A DNA stretch of 64,000 bases, taken from positions 26,846,001 to 26,910,000 of the forward strand of contig NC_059436.1 in the NCBI RefSeq assembly GCF_021028975.2. The letters are read 5' to 3'. Below the pieces are notes generated by a model. The model made no database searches. It had not been told where the DNA came from and was given only the letters and a program-made list of their open reading frames with translations. Source of the DNA: Sphaerodactylus townsendi. Taxonomy: Eukaryota. Position 1 is the first letter of the stretch, and each line of letters starts with the position of its first letter. The position numbers and the translations under genes are program-made. This document shows positions 48,924 through 62,457 of this stretch, piece after piece.

Positions 48924-49574
48924 CTGGAGAGAGTTGGGGAGAAGGCCAGGAACACACAACAGAGGGTTAGTCACACACATCAATTCCCTGCACACACAAC
49001 ACTTGGCCTATTTCTCCACCGCTAAGACTGCTCCTCTGAGCAACCCCAGGACTTTTTTGGGAGGGCCAGGCATGTGAAAGATTGAACCAGCTGGGGAGCA
49101 CAATAACCAAGATGCATTTTTTAAAATCTATCCATACCTTGCCTACCAAACTACAACTGGAACAGATTTGCAAATACAATCTGAAACAGCACATGAGATA
49201 AACTCATAGAAGATGAGACAAATCAGAACCGAACAAAATATTGAGCGTTCAACACTGTGACATGCAGCAGGACAAAAAGACTGTTCTGCTGAGCAAACTG
49301 AAGAAGCTGAGACAGGCAAGTAAGCTCCCTGCCTGACCAGTCCAGACCTGTCTTACTGCCTTTTAATCATAGAGGCTGAAATGCATATTAAGACTCCCTT
49401 GGTGTGCCTGAAACCCTTTTTTGGCGTCTGGGCATACACAGTCCTTGGGTATTATGCTAGGCAAAGCCCCAGCAAGTTTCCCAGCCCAGATTTTGAAAAA
49501 GCAGCCTCTACAGTCCAATATGGCTTATCCTACCATGTCCCAGTAAGGCCCTTCCCCACCAGCGTGGCACTCAC

Positions 49575-49655
49575 CTGCCCAACTGAGGCCCAGGTGCTCT
49601 GCGATGAAGGCCATTTTCATGTCAGTTTTGTCTTTCTCAGTGCTGCTCAATGAGC
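49575..49655 (-). CDS. ANK1: ANK1 exon (~ex35), death domain start
   Basis: GSLSSTEKDKTDMKMAFIAEHLGLSWA; 81 nt. Confidence 0.95.
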
Positions 49656-49998
49656 CTGGGGAGGGCACAAAAGACTCATAATGACTCACAGCCAGAGGAG
49701 GCGGGTCACTGCTGGAAGCTTAAATAGCGGGAAGGTTGTCTGTGCATCCAGGGTACTTCCAAGACCACTTTTCTGTCTTTAAAAGATGCTAAAGGTTGCT
49801 GATTTCACCCAGGAGAAGGGCAAGAAGGAAACTTTTCCTTCACACAACACCTTCTGTCATCTTCACTGCCCTGCTCTACCCTCAATACTTGGAGATCTTC
49901 CACTATTTCAGTTGATCTCCAGGTGATCAAGATCAGTTTCCCTGGATAAAATGGCTGCTTTGGAGGGTGGACTCTACGGCATCATATCCTGCTGAGGT

Positions 49999-50190
49999 CA
50001 GTGGTGGGATCCAAAAATTTTAATAACAGGTTCCGATGGTGGTGGGATTCAAACAGTGGCGCTGCCGCACACACGTACCTCCAGTCCCTATTGGGCAGGG
50101 AGGTTGCTTTAGTAACCCCTTCTCGGCACTCAGAAAAAATTAGTAACCACTTCTAGAGAAGTGGTGAGAACTGGTTGGATCCCACCTCTG
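49999..50190. mobile_element. Short derivative of the same hAT family, nested in an older repeat
   Basis: Same TIRs and subterminal sequence as 8195-8768; 8-bp TSD GCTGAGGT. Confidence 0.9.
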
Positions 50191-52478
50191 GCTGAGGTCC
50201 ATCCCTTCTTTAACACCCGCCCCCCGCCCAGAGATCTACTAGTACTTCCCAACCTAGGGCTGGAAACCATAACCCTCCAGCACAGCTTAATTTGGAACTC
50301 AGACCTTCTACCTGTTTCAGCCAGGCCTTGTCTATGATAGGAAGACATGAGAAGGAAAGTGTCTCTTCTGATCACCAAGAAAAACCAGATTTTAAGGTTG
50401 CCAACTCTGGCTTGGGAAATTCCTGGAGATTTGGGGCAATGTCTGGGGAGGGCAAAGTTTAGGTAGGGGAGGAAGCTCAGCAGCGACGAAGTTGCCATTT
50501 CCTCCAGAAGAACTGATCTCTGTAGCATGAAGGTCAGGAGGACACCTCGCCTGGAGGATGGCAAGCCTCCTGATTTATACATGCAGGAGAAAATAGTGGT
50601 AAGAATGGATGCGGCAGAAGCATCAATGCTTTGGACTGCTCTCCTACACAAGAGAATCCCTTGCAAACAGAAAACCAGCACAGCAAGAACAGAGAGGCAA
50701 CCAGAACCTTTCGCCTGCTGTACTAGTTTTGTATTTGCATTGAGTTTTTGTTTTCAATGCAAACGCACATTCAGACCTGGAGTCCATCACCTGCAGCCCA
50801 GAGCAGTGGCCCACTCTGCCATCCTGTTCTCCGGGATGTATAAATCAGGTTGAAGCTATCCAAGTAAGCTTAGCTAGCTCACACCAAGACTGAAGAAAAA
50901 AAATCTAATTACCAAATCCCTGGACAATATCACTTAGATGCGTTTCACTGATTCCCCACATTAAAATGTCAACACAACACACAGACCTCTTGACATCTCT
51001 ATTTGGAACCCTTACACTTAAATTTAGAAAATCAGTATAATGGGGCGGGGGGGAACAGAGTTAGCACCTCTCCTCCCACATATTCCACACGCAGGAGATC
51101 TGAATGTTCTCCCAGAACCAAAACTTCCCACATGTGAAAAGCTACCCTGTCAGTGGGAATAAATACCAGTGAGAGGTAAACCTAACCTTTAAAAAAGGGG
51201 GGAAAGTAGGGAATCTTTGAAACAGTCATGTCCACCTGCTGAGGTGCAGTACAAGGATTTATTAGATTTTCTCCTGCTTTTCTTTTAAAGAGTTCAAGGT
51301 AATGAGCAAGCTTTTCCCTCCCTTCATCTTCTCTGCACAACAATCCTGTGAAGTGGACTAGGCAGAGAGTGACTGGCCCAAGATCACTGAGTGGAGCTTT
51401 GAGTCCCAGTTTTACTCTGACAAGACACCACTTTGCCTGGGAAGTTGGGCCAGATAGCATCTGGAACTGGCAAAACTGCCTGTCAGTATTCCAGAGCTCT
51501 TCTTTGCTCCATACCGGCTTCTGGAAAATCTGGCTGGCTCCTCAGCATTTACCAACATTGTTTGAGCACTACAGTAAAGGTTATCTTGCGGCATGTTGCA
51601 TCATCTCCTCCTTCCTCAGTATCCTCCCTATCCAAGGTTGTTGTCCTGATTTTTGATGTCTTGCCTGGCATGGTGCCATTAGGGGGGTCAGCTGGCCTTG
51701 GCCCTGGTTCACCAAGAGAGGTGGGGGCCATACAGAGAATCAGAGAAGTGTTTGAGACAAAGGGCCTTCTGGTTAAATAAATAGGCCTACTCTCCTCTTC
51801 CCTTCTCATGAGGTCCAAATCACACATGACATTAGGGGTCTATGTACTCTACAGGCAGGCGATGAAAAGAAGCGCGTTGCTCTCAGCCGCTTCCCTCTTT
51901 ATTAACTCTACAGGCAGGGCCAACCCAAATGTTTTGTTTTTGGCATCCTAAGCAAATTTCTTCTTTTGTTCCATGACTGTTTTTTTCCACCCATCGTCCT
52001 GCGGACTCCAGCAGCAGGTCGGCTCCTGTCCCTGCCAGCTTTCCCATCCATGCTACTGGGCAATGGCCATGAAGCAGCGGCAGTGAAGAGTGCAGGCACT
52101 TGGGCAGGCAGGTGAAGAAAGACACATTAAAGACAGGAGGCACCTCTTGCTATTTTGGTGTCCCTCAACATATGGTGCCCTTGACAATTGCTTGGGTCTG
52201 CCTCACGGTTAGCTCGGCACTGCCTACAGGCACCTGTTTTATTCCCTTCACCATAAGCTTCAAGCAGCCAAGACGGGGACTTCCAGTTGGAGAAACCATG
52301 GTTTGGGGGAAAGTCAAAGCTTTGCTGCCCCAGCTCTGCCCAAGCTGCACTTTGACATTCAGTTACACATCTTGGGATATAAACAGGGGTCTCCAGCATC
52401 ACATATAGTTTTTACTCAAAAAACATGCTGCATGCAGTCCCCAGCAAGATGCTGCTTGCTGTTCCGGAAGCCTCTTAC

Positions 52479-52563
52479 CCAGGGTGCTGTCACTGAGAAG
52501 GCTGTATCTCTCGCGCAGGGCTAACGGGGTCAACGTTCTCCTTCGCTCCTCACTGGCAGAACT
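52479..52563 (-). CDS. ANK1: ANK1 exon (~ex34), linker
   Basis: SSASEERRRTLTPLALRERYSLLSDSTL; 85 nt, phase 0 to 1. Confidence 0.92.
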
Positions 52564-53211
52564 CTGAGGATGAAAAAGTCAGGCAATGGTGACTCTCTAA
52601 TCAATCAGGGGAGAGGAAGACAGCCTGAGTCAGATATCCAGTATCTCTCTCAGAACGGACACAGCCAACCATCCAAAAAACAACAACAGAGAAACCTCTC
52701 CCATCTCCGCTTCCAGTCTGGGAAAATTCCAGGGAAGGTTACCTAACAATGTGTGGAACCTGAGAATTTTTGGGGTGGCAGCTCAAGTTTATTGTGTTCT
52801 GCATTCTTCCATAATATGCAGCTTAACTCACTTGCTTGAGTCATCCCCCGTGGTCATTCCGTGGCACTGCCCTGAAGCATTTGTGGCCCACTTTAATCTG
52901 AACAAATCTGATTAACCCAGGAATGTGCACATTTTACTCTGTGCTAAGATTTGTAGTCAGCAAAAGCAATTTTGAAGTATGATAGATTTACTGTAAAGCA
53001 CAGTGTTTCTGGTAAAGCTGGATTAAAAATGTGTGTGCAGGTTAAGTGCTATCAAGTTGCTTCCAAATTACAGTGACCCTTTGACTCAATTACCACCAAC
53101 ATCCTATTATTAGAAGCCTATCCATCTGCGCTGAGTGTCAAGGGAAGCCAGCAAAATGTTAACGAGCAATTAAAAGGGGAGGGAGAGGGAACAGGCCCAA
53201 GTGCCACTCAC

Positions 53212-53331
53212 CTTAGAGCAGGGCGGCATCGTGACGTTTAAGTGACAGAGGACATGCTGCAGCTCCTCATACTTCATGGCCTTGCGTAGGAAAGACAATG
53301 AGCCACTTGCTTCCCGACTGCTATCCCGCAC
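53212..53331 (-). CDS. ANK1: ANK1 exon (~ex33), UPA domain end
   Basis: [40 protein letters not shown]; 120 nt; 87-nt preceding intron. Confidence 0.96.
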
Positions 53332-53418
53332 CTACAGCCCCGGAACACAGAGGAGTCAAAGATGCTGCTGGACCCCAGAGGCTCAAAACCAGCCTGAAGC
53401 TCTGCTCCAAAACCTCAC

Positions 53419-53544
53419 CTTGACTGGGATGATGAGGCGGTTCTCCCGGAATGACTGGAACTGGAAGCTGCGCTGTTGGGTCGCCTTCTTAATGGGGACT
53501 AGGTTCCCCGAGAGCTCCATGTGAAGCGGCATCCCCTCTACCAC
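53419..53544 (-). CDS. ANK1: ANK1 exon (~ex32), UPA domain
   Basis: [42 protein letters not shown]; 126 nt. Confidence 0.96.
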
Positions 53545-54817
53545 CTGTGGAAGTGGCTATAAGCTTAGTACTCCGGGCAGCTTCTGTCAATTGCTATTAT
53601 TATTGTGGCTTCACTGTGTTAATTACACTTTAATTACACTTTGTTGCCCCTCCAAAACAATTCTGCCAAAAATGGAGTAAGTGCAGCATCATAAAAGTAG
53701 TAAAAGTAGGATATATTATAAAGGCAGCATTCCCAATTCTGACTCCTCCTTCTAGGCAGATGCAAGCCAGATGGAAAAAAATTAATTCCCAAACCTGTCC
53801 AGGTGTCCAGCAAAGAGTAACTTTCACTGACATGTGTGGAGTCAATCAATCGGACAAAAGTGTGAATGCTGCTGCATGCAGTTTCAAACAGAGGCCAGAG
53901 AATCACTGAAATCGTGGGAGGAAATCTATATGGGGTAAAGAACATGACCTGAACCGCCTAAGGAGATGTTACAGTGCAACTGACAATTAAGTATCAGTTT
54001 GTGCAAAGGTTCTACTGTTTTAAAGTGTTCTTTCATTTTGTCTACCTTGTTTGGCAAATGACTTTCTTTTCCACCCATTCATTCCTGCCCCCAATATGAG
54101 AGATACATCATGGTGTGTATTTTTGTTCAACTTTCACATCCACTGATGTACTCCAAAATCCCACAAACCCTGGGATGTGGCTATTTAATCACGTGGGGGT
54201 GGAAATTGCCCCTATACCCCTCCTCCTTCCCCCCAGGTCCATACACTGACTTCAAGACCTGGTGCAAAAAAAAGTTGTTTGGTCATGGTGGGGGAGGGCG
54301 GCCGCCCATACCCGGGGACGGGGACAGGGATGGAAAACTCAGGTTTGTGCACCGGGCTACATTTTCCCTTGATTCACCTCTGCTCTACTCCCTGATGAAC
54401 CTAACTGATCACTACATCTTCTGAGACCCTGCTTTGGGTGCCTCTGCCAGTTGAGGTTAGCTGGTTGGCAACCTGAAAGAGGGCCTTTTCGGCTGTCTCA
54501 CCAGGATTGTGAAATGCCTTTCCTAAGTCTACCCTCTTCTTTGCCAGGAAGCAAAGGCTTTTTTGTTTCATCTGGCATTCTCTCACAATCGCCTTCCCTG
54601 CTTTGTGTTTTTAATTGACATCTTAATGTGGACTGGTTTTCTGTTTTTATAAATAGGTATATTACATATAGGAATCTTTCTGGGATATTACATCTACACA
54701 TAATTCTGGTTTGTTACTCCTTTTATATGTTTTTATGCTGCTCTATTTTCAGTTGTCTGCTGCCTTGGTGGCCCTCATTAGGCTGAAAGGTTATAATAAA
54801 TATAAATCTTCTAAATA

Positions 54818-54819
54818 GC

Positions 54820-54851
<32 letters not shown>

Positions 54852-54867
54852 ATAAATAAATAAATAA
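54818..54867 (+). repeat. (AAC)n(AAAT)n microsatellite
   Basis: Directly visible. Confidence 0.9.
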
Positions 54868-54921
54868 AAAGAAAAACAAAGGAGACGTGCATACACACCA
54901 CAGGCAATGATGCTGCTATAA

Positions 54922-55069
54922 CAATGGTGGTGAACCTATGGCACTCCAGATGTTCATGGAGTACAATTCCCAGCAGCCCCTGCCAGCAGGGCCAATTGGC
55001 CATGCTGGCAGGGGCTGTTGGGAACTGTACTCCATGAACATCTGGAGTGCCATAGGTTCACCACCACTG
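54922..55069. mobile_element. Palindromic hAT MITE
   Basis: 148 bp; TSD TGCTATAA; partial copies also near 2845, 3090, 30550, 33625, 34520 and 43350. Confidence 0.9.
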
Positions 55070-55131
55070 TGCTATAATAACTGGAGTTGCCCAAGAGGAT
55101 GAAAGGCAAACAGAGAAGAACAGGGCAGCTA

Positions 55132-55410
<279 letters not shown>

Positions 55411-55832
55411 TTAGCAGATCGAACTGAGCACAGGCAGACATTCAGGTTACAGAACTGCAATGGCCTAGGCAGCATCAATGGAGTTATCTCATTTTAAAAT
55501 CTTCATCAATGGGGTTATTTAAAAATCTTCATGGTAGAAAAGCAACTTGACTGTGACCATCTGTGAAGTTTGTAGTGGAGTGGAGACTTGAAGTCAAGTT
55601 TCTACAGTGGACTCCTGTCGCTTCTATATCATGTTGGCTTCTACTATCAACTATGGAGATTACAGGAAGGTAACCTTCACACCTAACGCCTCTTGGTACA
55701 GTACCTCCTGCTGCTGGTATTTCTGCAGGTCATAGCATTATGTTGGTCCCTCAGCCGAGTATGGCCTAGTCATTGATGGGAACAGTGGATAGCACCCAAT
55801 AGGTCAAGCACTCTGAAGGTGCTTTAGCTCAC

Positions 55833-55929
55833 CTGGCAGACACGTTGGTGGTGAAATTTGCACACTCATTGGCATAGACAAGTTTTGTGGTCCCAGTGAT
55901 GTCCTCCCATTGTGCTGGGGCAGTTCCTC
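55833..55929 (-). CDS. ANK1: ANK1 exon (~ex30)
   Basis: [32 protein letters not shown]; 97 nt; not in the ORF track, read manually. Confidence 0.96.
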
Positions 55930-57880
55930 CTGAGACAGAGAAGGAAGACATGCCTAACAAGTTTAGACTAGTGAAGCACTTTCATTCTAAAAATAAAAAT
56001 GTCCTCTGTAAATTTGAGTTTTGAAAAAAAAAACAGCTAAACAAGTATGAAGCAGAAATTGGTTGTATGTGGTACTAACTCCCCATGATATCCACCAAGA
56101 AACCTCCCCCTCCCCAAACTATTTTTTTTAATTTAGAAAATGTGTATGCCACCTCTCCAGAGGACCCGCCTGGTTTGAACTCAAATCTTCCTGGGGTGGC
56201 TTAAAAAATGATGAGAAAACCAAAGGACAGCTCCAATCACAGAGATTAAAAAATCAGCAAAAGGCCAGATATGCAAATGAAGAATATTTTATTTCTCAGG
56301 TTATAAAAAAATTCCTGTGTGTTCCCCAAAAAAGTTTCTTCAAGGGAATCAGTTTGTCCTTCAATGTTTTTACAGCAAGAAAGCAAATATTCATCATTTG
56401 CACCACAGGATTGTGGCTTACAAATTCAAGCATAACAAAAACATAAACCTTAAAAGTTGTTAATTAACACCAAGCATTTAAAATCCAGCTAGAGCATTAA
56501 AACATTAATTATCGAGCAGCTCAAAATACAGTTAAACATTTTCACTCTATCCCTGTTGACTGTTGTGTTTTTAAAATTCTTCCTTTTTAAAGTCCATAAA
56601 AGCAACAAATGAACAGAGAAATGTATGAACGTTTGTGCAACACTTTAAAAAACACATCTGGAAAAGGCAGAGAGCTTGCCTGAAACACGGAGGCAGGGGA
56701 GAAGGGCAAATTGGACAGCTGAGCTAGCATTCAATTCACTGGTATGTTTCCCTGTTCAGCTGTGAAGCTATCAAGCTAATACAGCAGCTGAAAAATACAC
56801 CGAGGATTCCATTTTTACACTGCTATCAGCCGTCCACAGGCACAAAAAGTCACCTTGGTTCTCTGAGGTAGGGCCCAAACATGTGTGTGGGGGGGGGGGG
56901 GAATAGGGAGGAATAGGAACTATTTCCTGAAGCCTGGCTTACAAATTCACAGGGGCAAAACCAGGAACTCTTTCCTGGGGTTGAGTTGCAAAACCATTAT
57001 CATGTCTATTCATGGCATTTCAGAAATAAAATAGAATTGTACTTTCCACGACTTATTAAACTATATGGATAAAATGAGATTGTGGCAGAGGGGTCAGAAA
57101 ATAGAGCCCAGATTTTGCCCACCCACCCCCCTTCAGGTTACAAATCCAAACCACTGAGGTAGCTGCTCCTCCCATCCCTCTATCTCACAGAATTTCTTCA
57201 ACAAAGTCTCAATCTATCCTGAACCTTGTCTTAGAAAATGCGGAAGAAATGTCCAATTCAACTGTTCAAATAAAAAGCCACAGAGGCAAGGTTGCCCCCT
57301 CTGGTGGCAGATTTCAGACACTGTTAAGGATATAGCTGAGTAGGATTTGGGCAGATCTGACCCAAAGGTACAATTCATCAGGAACAGCTCTGAGGTAAAG
57401 CCCCACTGGAATGTTCAGAGCAGACAAGTATCTTTCATCTTGACATCCCGAGTTTAAAGGCTGCTTTGTAGTATTTTGAAATCACCACAGATAGATCAGA
57501 AGCAAGCAAATGACATTTACAATGCATTATGTGCCAGAAAGCAGAATTACAAGTTACCAGAAACTCAAGGCTACTGCCCAAATGGCAGCCACTGCCAAGT
57601 ACACTCCTGCCTTAACATATACTTCAAGTTACCTCTTGCCCAGATGTCATCATGCGGAACATTTCCCCATTACGATGTGCAACGGGGACAAAGAAGCACA
57701 CGATGTAATGAAGATGTAATTAAGTCAGGACATGAAGAATTTAATACGGTGTTACAAACCTGAATCTGGGTCATCATTTTTGGTGACAGTTCTGAATTCT
57801 GCTCATCAGAAGCGAGAACAACTCTAATCTTGTCTTTGACTTTTGCCACTGAGTACCTGCTGACTATCCTAGTATTCTTA

Positions 57881-58258
<378 letters not shown>

Positions 58259-59557
58259 TCAAAAGTGCCAAAGCAATGGAAAGAGAAATGGTGGGGTCAG
58301 CGAGCGTCGATTAATCAACTAACTATAAAAGGAGGGAAAACACGCAATGGCAGCCATGAGTCATTTTGAGGGGGTGAGTGTGAACATACATTGTAGTCGG
58401 GGGGGGGGGGCTGAAAACGGTTCCAAACATTTTGGTGGGGGGGGGACTATCTTGGACAAAAGCTCAAAAACCCGAGAAGGGCTGTGCACCATTTTCAGGA
58501 GTTAAGGGGTGGGCCTTGAGTGCGAAACACTTCTTAATTCCCCACCAACAGCAACTGTCAAGATAATACGTCCAGTGTGTTAAAACAATAAGTCTTGTGA
58601 TATCTTAAAGACTGACTCATTATGCCATCGGTTTTGGTGGGCTGCAGCCTAGCTTTTTAATTATTTATTTATTGTGGCATCATACGAATACAGCTACCCT
58701 TTTGATTTGGGCTAACAGCCACAATTCTTTGGTCCTCAGGCACCAAGGGAAGACAGTCGTACTCTGGAGGGTGTCTGGCAATTATATCTACTCCTGGCTG
58801 TGGTTTCTATCGTGTTTGATGATACGGTGATTCGATTTAACCTTCTTGGTTTTAACATATTGTAATAATGTTATGGCCATGGGATTTTTTTCATTACAAA
58901 GTTTTATTTGAGAACCACCTTGAAAATTCTTTTTTTTTTAACGTTTCAAAAGGTGGGATACAAATATTTCACTGAACAAAGGTCACACAAAATGGGTGCC
59001 AGGAAATGCTAATGCTAAAACCATCTGTTTTGCAAATTAAGCACATTGGCACTGCACGTTCTGCTTCTACTAATTATGGAAGAACAGGACCTTTCGCCAG
59101 TACAAATCCTACTCAATCCCTCCTCTGATTTCTGAGATTGACCAGCCATTGCTCACTCACTCTTGAACTTATTTGATTAGCTTTAAAAAAATCTTGCTCC
59201 CCCCCTACCCACAAAAAATGCAAACCATGATGGTCAGGATGCTACATTTCATCCCATGCTTGTGCAAAACTCCCACAGAATACATAGTCCTACACTGTTA
59301 CCTGCTTACAAGGCTTTACAAATACCTTTGCACAGATACCTTTAATACCTTCAATTCCCTGACGAACTATGCTGGGTTTTCTGAGGCCTAAACCTTAGTG
59401 AAGAAGTTTGCTTGATTCCTTTGATTGCAGAACGAATGTGGACTTTTTTTTAGTAACGTCTGCAAATCCTGCCCGACCCAGAGAGGCACATAGCTTTGCC
59501 TACTAACGACTGGGTCTGTCCACGCTTCCCACTACAGAGAGAACATCACGTTGATAC

Positions 59558-59769
59558 CTGCAGAGCTAGCTTGACCTTCTTGGTGACTGCTGTTTCCGGG
59601 AATGTTGCCTGCACCATGGAAACCAACGTGCTTTGCAGACTGCCGCCTTCCGGGCCAATCAGCTCGTGGTCCTGGGACACGCGGGACATGACCACAAAGT
59701 AGAGAGGGAAATCTGTGGTGATGATGCGGCAAATCCTCTTCTTCTCCAGCTCCTCTAGGCTCTCTAGTT
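59558..59769 (-). CDS. ANK1: ANK1 exon (~ex28), ZU5-A/B
   Basis: [31 protein letters not shown]...[10 protein letters not shown]; 212 nt. Confidence 0.97.
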
Positions 59770-60595
59770 CTGCAAGGATGGCAACAAGGGGGGCAAGAGC
59801 ACTGGAGCCATAATTCCCAAAATATGACCAATGACAGACTGGCTAATGTGGCATGGAGTGTAGATCTATGTACATCATGACACTACATTTAAAAAAGGCT
59901 CAATGTAAGGGACAAAACAGGGTGAGATCGAGTCAGTAGAAGGCAGCTTCATATGACCAATATTTCTTGCCACCAAAAATATTTTTCTTTTCCTTTTGCA
60001 TAAAGACATCGTAAGACAGATGAAATAGTAGCAGAGTGATATGCAATATTTTTGTTTTATAATCCTTGACCTTGATTGCCTTGATTATTGGATGCCATAC
60101 TATTTGACTGCATTGTTGACACTGAATAATCTATCTTGAATCTCTGCAGGAAAGGCAGACAATAAATACCATTAATAAATAGACAAATAGACTGCCTTTG
60201 CTGTATCCTACTAAGCCAGGAGCAGAGCAAGAGTGCAGTGTAGGCAACAGTTCCAGGGTGAGTCTATGCCACCTTGTCTTCTGGTCCAGTCATGCCACCA
60301 AACACTTACTCTTTCCATAGTACCATAGGTTGGTCACTCAATGCAGCCCCTGATATCTATGTGGACACCCTTCCTGATTATCCATTCTAGTGCATATGAA
60401 TTATCCATTCTAGTATGTAGGATCCGTTCTAGTGTATAGGATACTGCCAAACAGTGTCAGTTCAGCAAATTTACCTCTTATATTCTAATGATCAAGACAC
60501 ACACCTTCTAAACTCTATCTTAGCTTTTCAAGTCTTGAGCCACATTTGAGTTTCTCCTCTGTCTGGATGCTCCCACTCCTGTGAGATGCCCCTAC

Positions 60596-60750
60596 CTTCG
60601 TCCATGCCATTGAGGACCTGGTCCAGGTAGCTCTCCCCATAACGGCTGCGGTGTTCCTTCCACACAGTCCCATTCTCACTACGCAGCACCACCAGCTCCC
60701 GGTCACCACGCCCATGTGAAGCAAAGTGAGGAATCTCCACAATTACAGGG
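60596..60750 (-). CDS. ANK1: ANK1 exon (~ex27), ZU5-A
   Basis: [52 protein letters not shown]; 155 nt. Confidence 0.98.
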
Positions 60751-60770
60751 CTGTGGGGAAATCGAGTGTT

Positions 60771-61054
60771 AGAAGAAGAAGAAGAGTTTGGATTTATACC
60801 CCCTTCCTCTCCTGTAAGGAGACTCAAAGAGGTTGACAATCTCCTTTCCCTCCCCCTCCCCCATCACCCTGTGAGGTAGGTGGGGCTGAGAGAGCTCTGA
60901 AGAGCTTTGACTCGCCCAAGGTCACCCAGCTGGCGTGTGTACAGGCTAATCCGAATTCCCTAGATAAACCTCCATAGCTCAAGTGGCAGAGCGGAGAATC
61001 AAACCCAATTCTCCAGATAAGAGCGTACTTGCTCTTAACCACTATGCCACTGCT
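60771..61054 (-). mobile_element. Squam3-like SINE ending 20 nt upstream of the ANK1 ex27 acceptor
   Basis: Same family; (CTT)n tail faces the exon. Confidence 0.85.
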
Positions 61055-61060
61055 TAGGAG

Positions 61061-61262
61061 TAGGGATGCCAACCTCCAGGTGGTGGCTAGAGCTCTCCCG
61101 CTATTACAACAGAGGTGACAGAGATCAGTTCACTTGGAGAAAATGGCTGTTCTGGAGGGTGAACTCTCTGGCACTATACCCCTTCCCTCCTCAAACCCTT
61201 CCCTCCTCAGGTTCCACCCCCAAAATCTTCAGGTGTTTCCCAACCTGGAGCTGGCAACCCTT
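61061..61262. mobile_element. hAT (Blackjack-like) MITE; related copies near 3185, 7875, 49890 and 50393
   Basis: TAGGGATGCCA / TGGCAACCCTT ends; 6/8 matching flanks CTTAGGAG / GTTAGGAC. Confidence 0.7.
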
Positions 61263-61987
61263 GTTAGGACCCCCAAAGGCCAGCCATGTTGGCCTCACCA
61301 AGGAATTGAATAAGAAAAGGAAAATTAAGCAAGCCATTCAAAATGAGATGTCCACGCTGTGTCCCTCGTGCAGCAAAAAACAACAGTGAGGCACTGGCCT
61401 ATTTCCATCTCCCCATAGACTCAGCATCCTGTTGCAGAGGGGAGAAGGAATGCTTCTGCAAAGAACCCAGTGGAACAATTGACAGATCTCTTGTCTACAG
61501 CCTATTTTGGGGGGATGATAAGCAGGGGAGAAGTTCAAGGCAAGATTTCCAGGCTAAAAAAAATGGGACAATTTACATTTAGTTCCCTTTTTTAAATGTT
61601 TGGCTGCAGAAAGCCCCCAGGAAGGGTCAATGCCAAGATTCCCTTTCACTTGAAATCATCCAGCTAAGAAGGATAGATATATTTTGGTGACTAGAAACCT
61701 AGTCCGCCCACACAACTCTTGCAGCCAAATATTAGCAGGATGGCAAAGGGAGAAGATATGGGAAAGAATGACCTGCTTGCTGCTTCATTGTGGAAATTAA
61801 TGAATTCATACAACTTCTGTTTTTTTTTTAATATGGGCCTTAGGCACTACCAGTTCGTCTTTATATCTGCCTGATGGAGAAGAAGTAAGAATAGGTTGTA
61901 TCTACTCCACATTCCACCCTCCAATCACACCATATGTGGGTGATGGCAGGGGCTGCGATTCACACAGCCAATTTAGTTTACCTAGAA

Positions 61988-62377
61988 CAGGGGTAGGGAA
62001 CCTGTGGCTCAAGAGCCGCATGCAGCTCTTCTGCCCTTGCACTGCGGCTCCATGAGCCAAGCTGCCGGCCCCATCCTTGCTCGCCCTGCAGGCAGCAGGG
62101 CGGGCGGGCGCACCAACTGCTCTCAGTCGGATGGACTGTGACGCGGGCTTCCCCTCTCGCCTGCCCTGTTGGAGCAGGGTGGGTGCTTTCCCGGCAGCCG
62201 GTGAGGCCGAGCCACCGGCTTCATCCTTGCCCGCCCTGCAGGCAGCAATATATATATAGTGTTATCTTTATTATCTTTATTTTAAATGTCAAAAATTATT
62301 TGCGGCTCCAACTGTTTTCTTTTCCCGTAGAAAACGGGTCCAAATGGCTCTTGAGTGTTAAAGGTTCCCTACCCCTG
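61988..62377. mobile_element. Non-autonomous hAT element (390 bp)
   Basis: TIR CAGGGGTAGGGAACC (same as the 9410 MITE); TSD ACCTAGAA; internal ~26-bp direct repeat. Confidence 0.9.
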
Positions 62378-62457
62378 ACCTAGAAGTACCCTACATGACG
62401 ACAACAACTTTGCTCAGTGCCTGTAATGATCGATCTGGCCAGAATACCAGCTTTCAC

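Noticed and set aside
50570-50849. Acceptor-like site and 183-aa ORF in intron 34
   Set aside because: Lies between inverted repeats (cctgatttatacat / atgtataaatcagg) of an old MITE and extends through other transposons.
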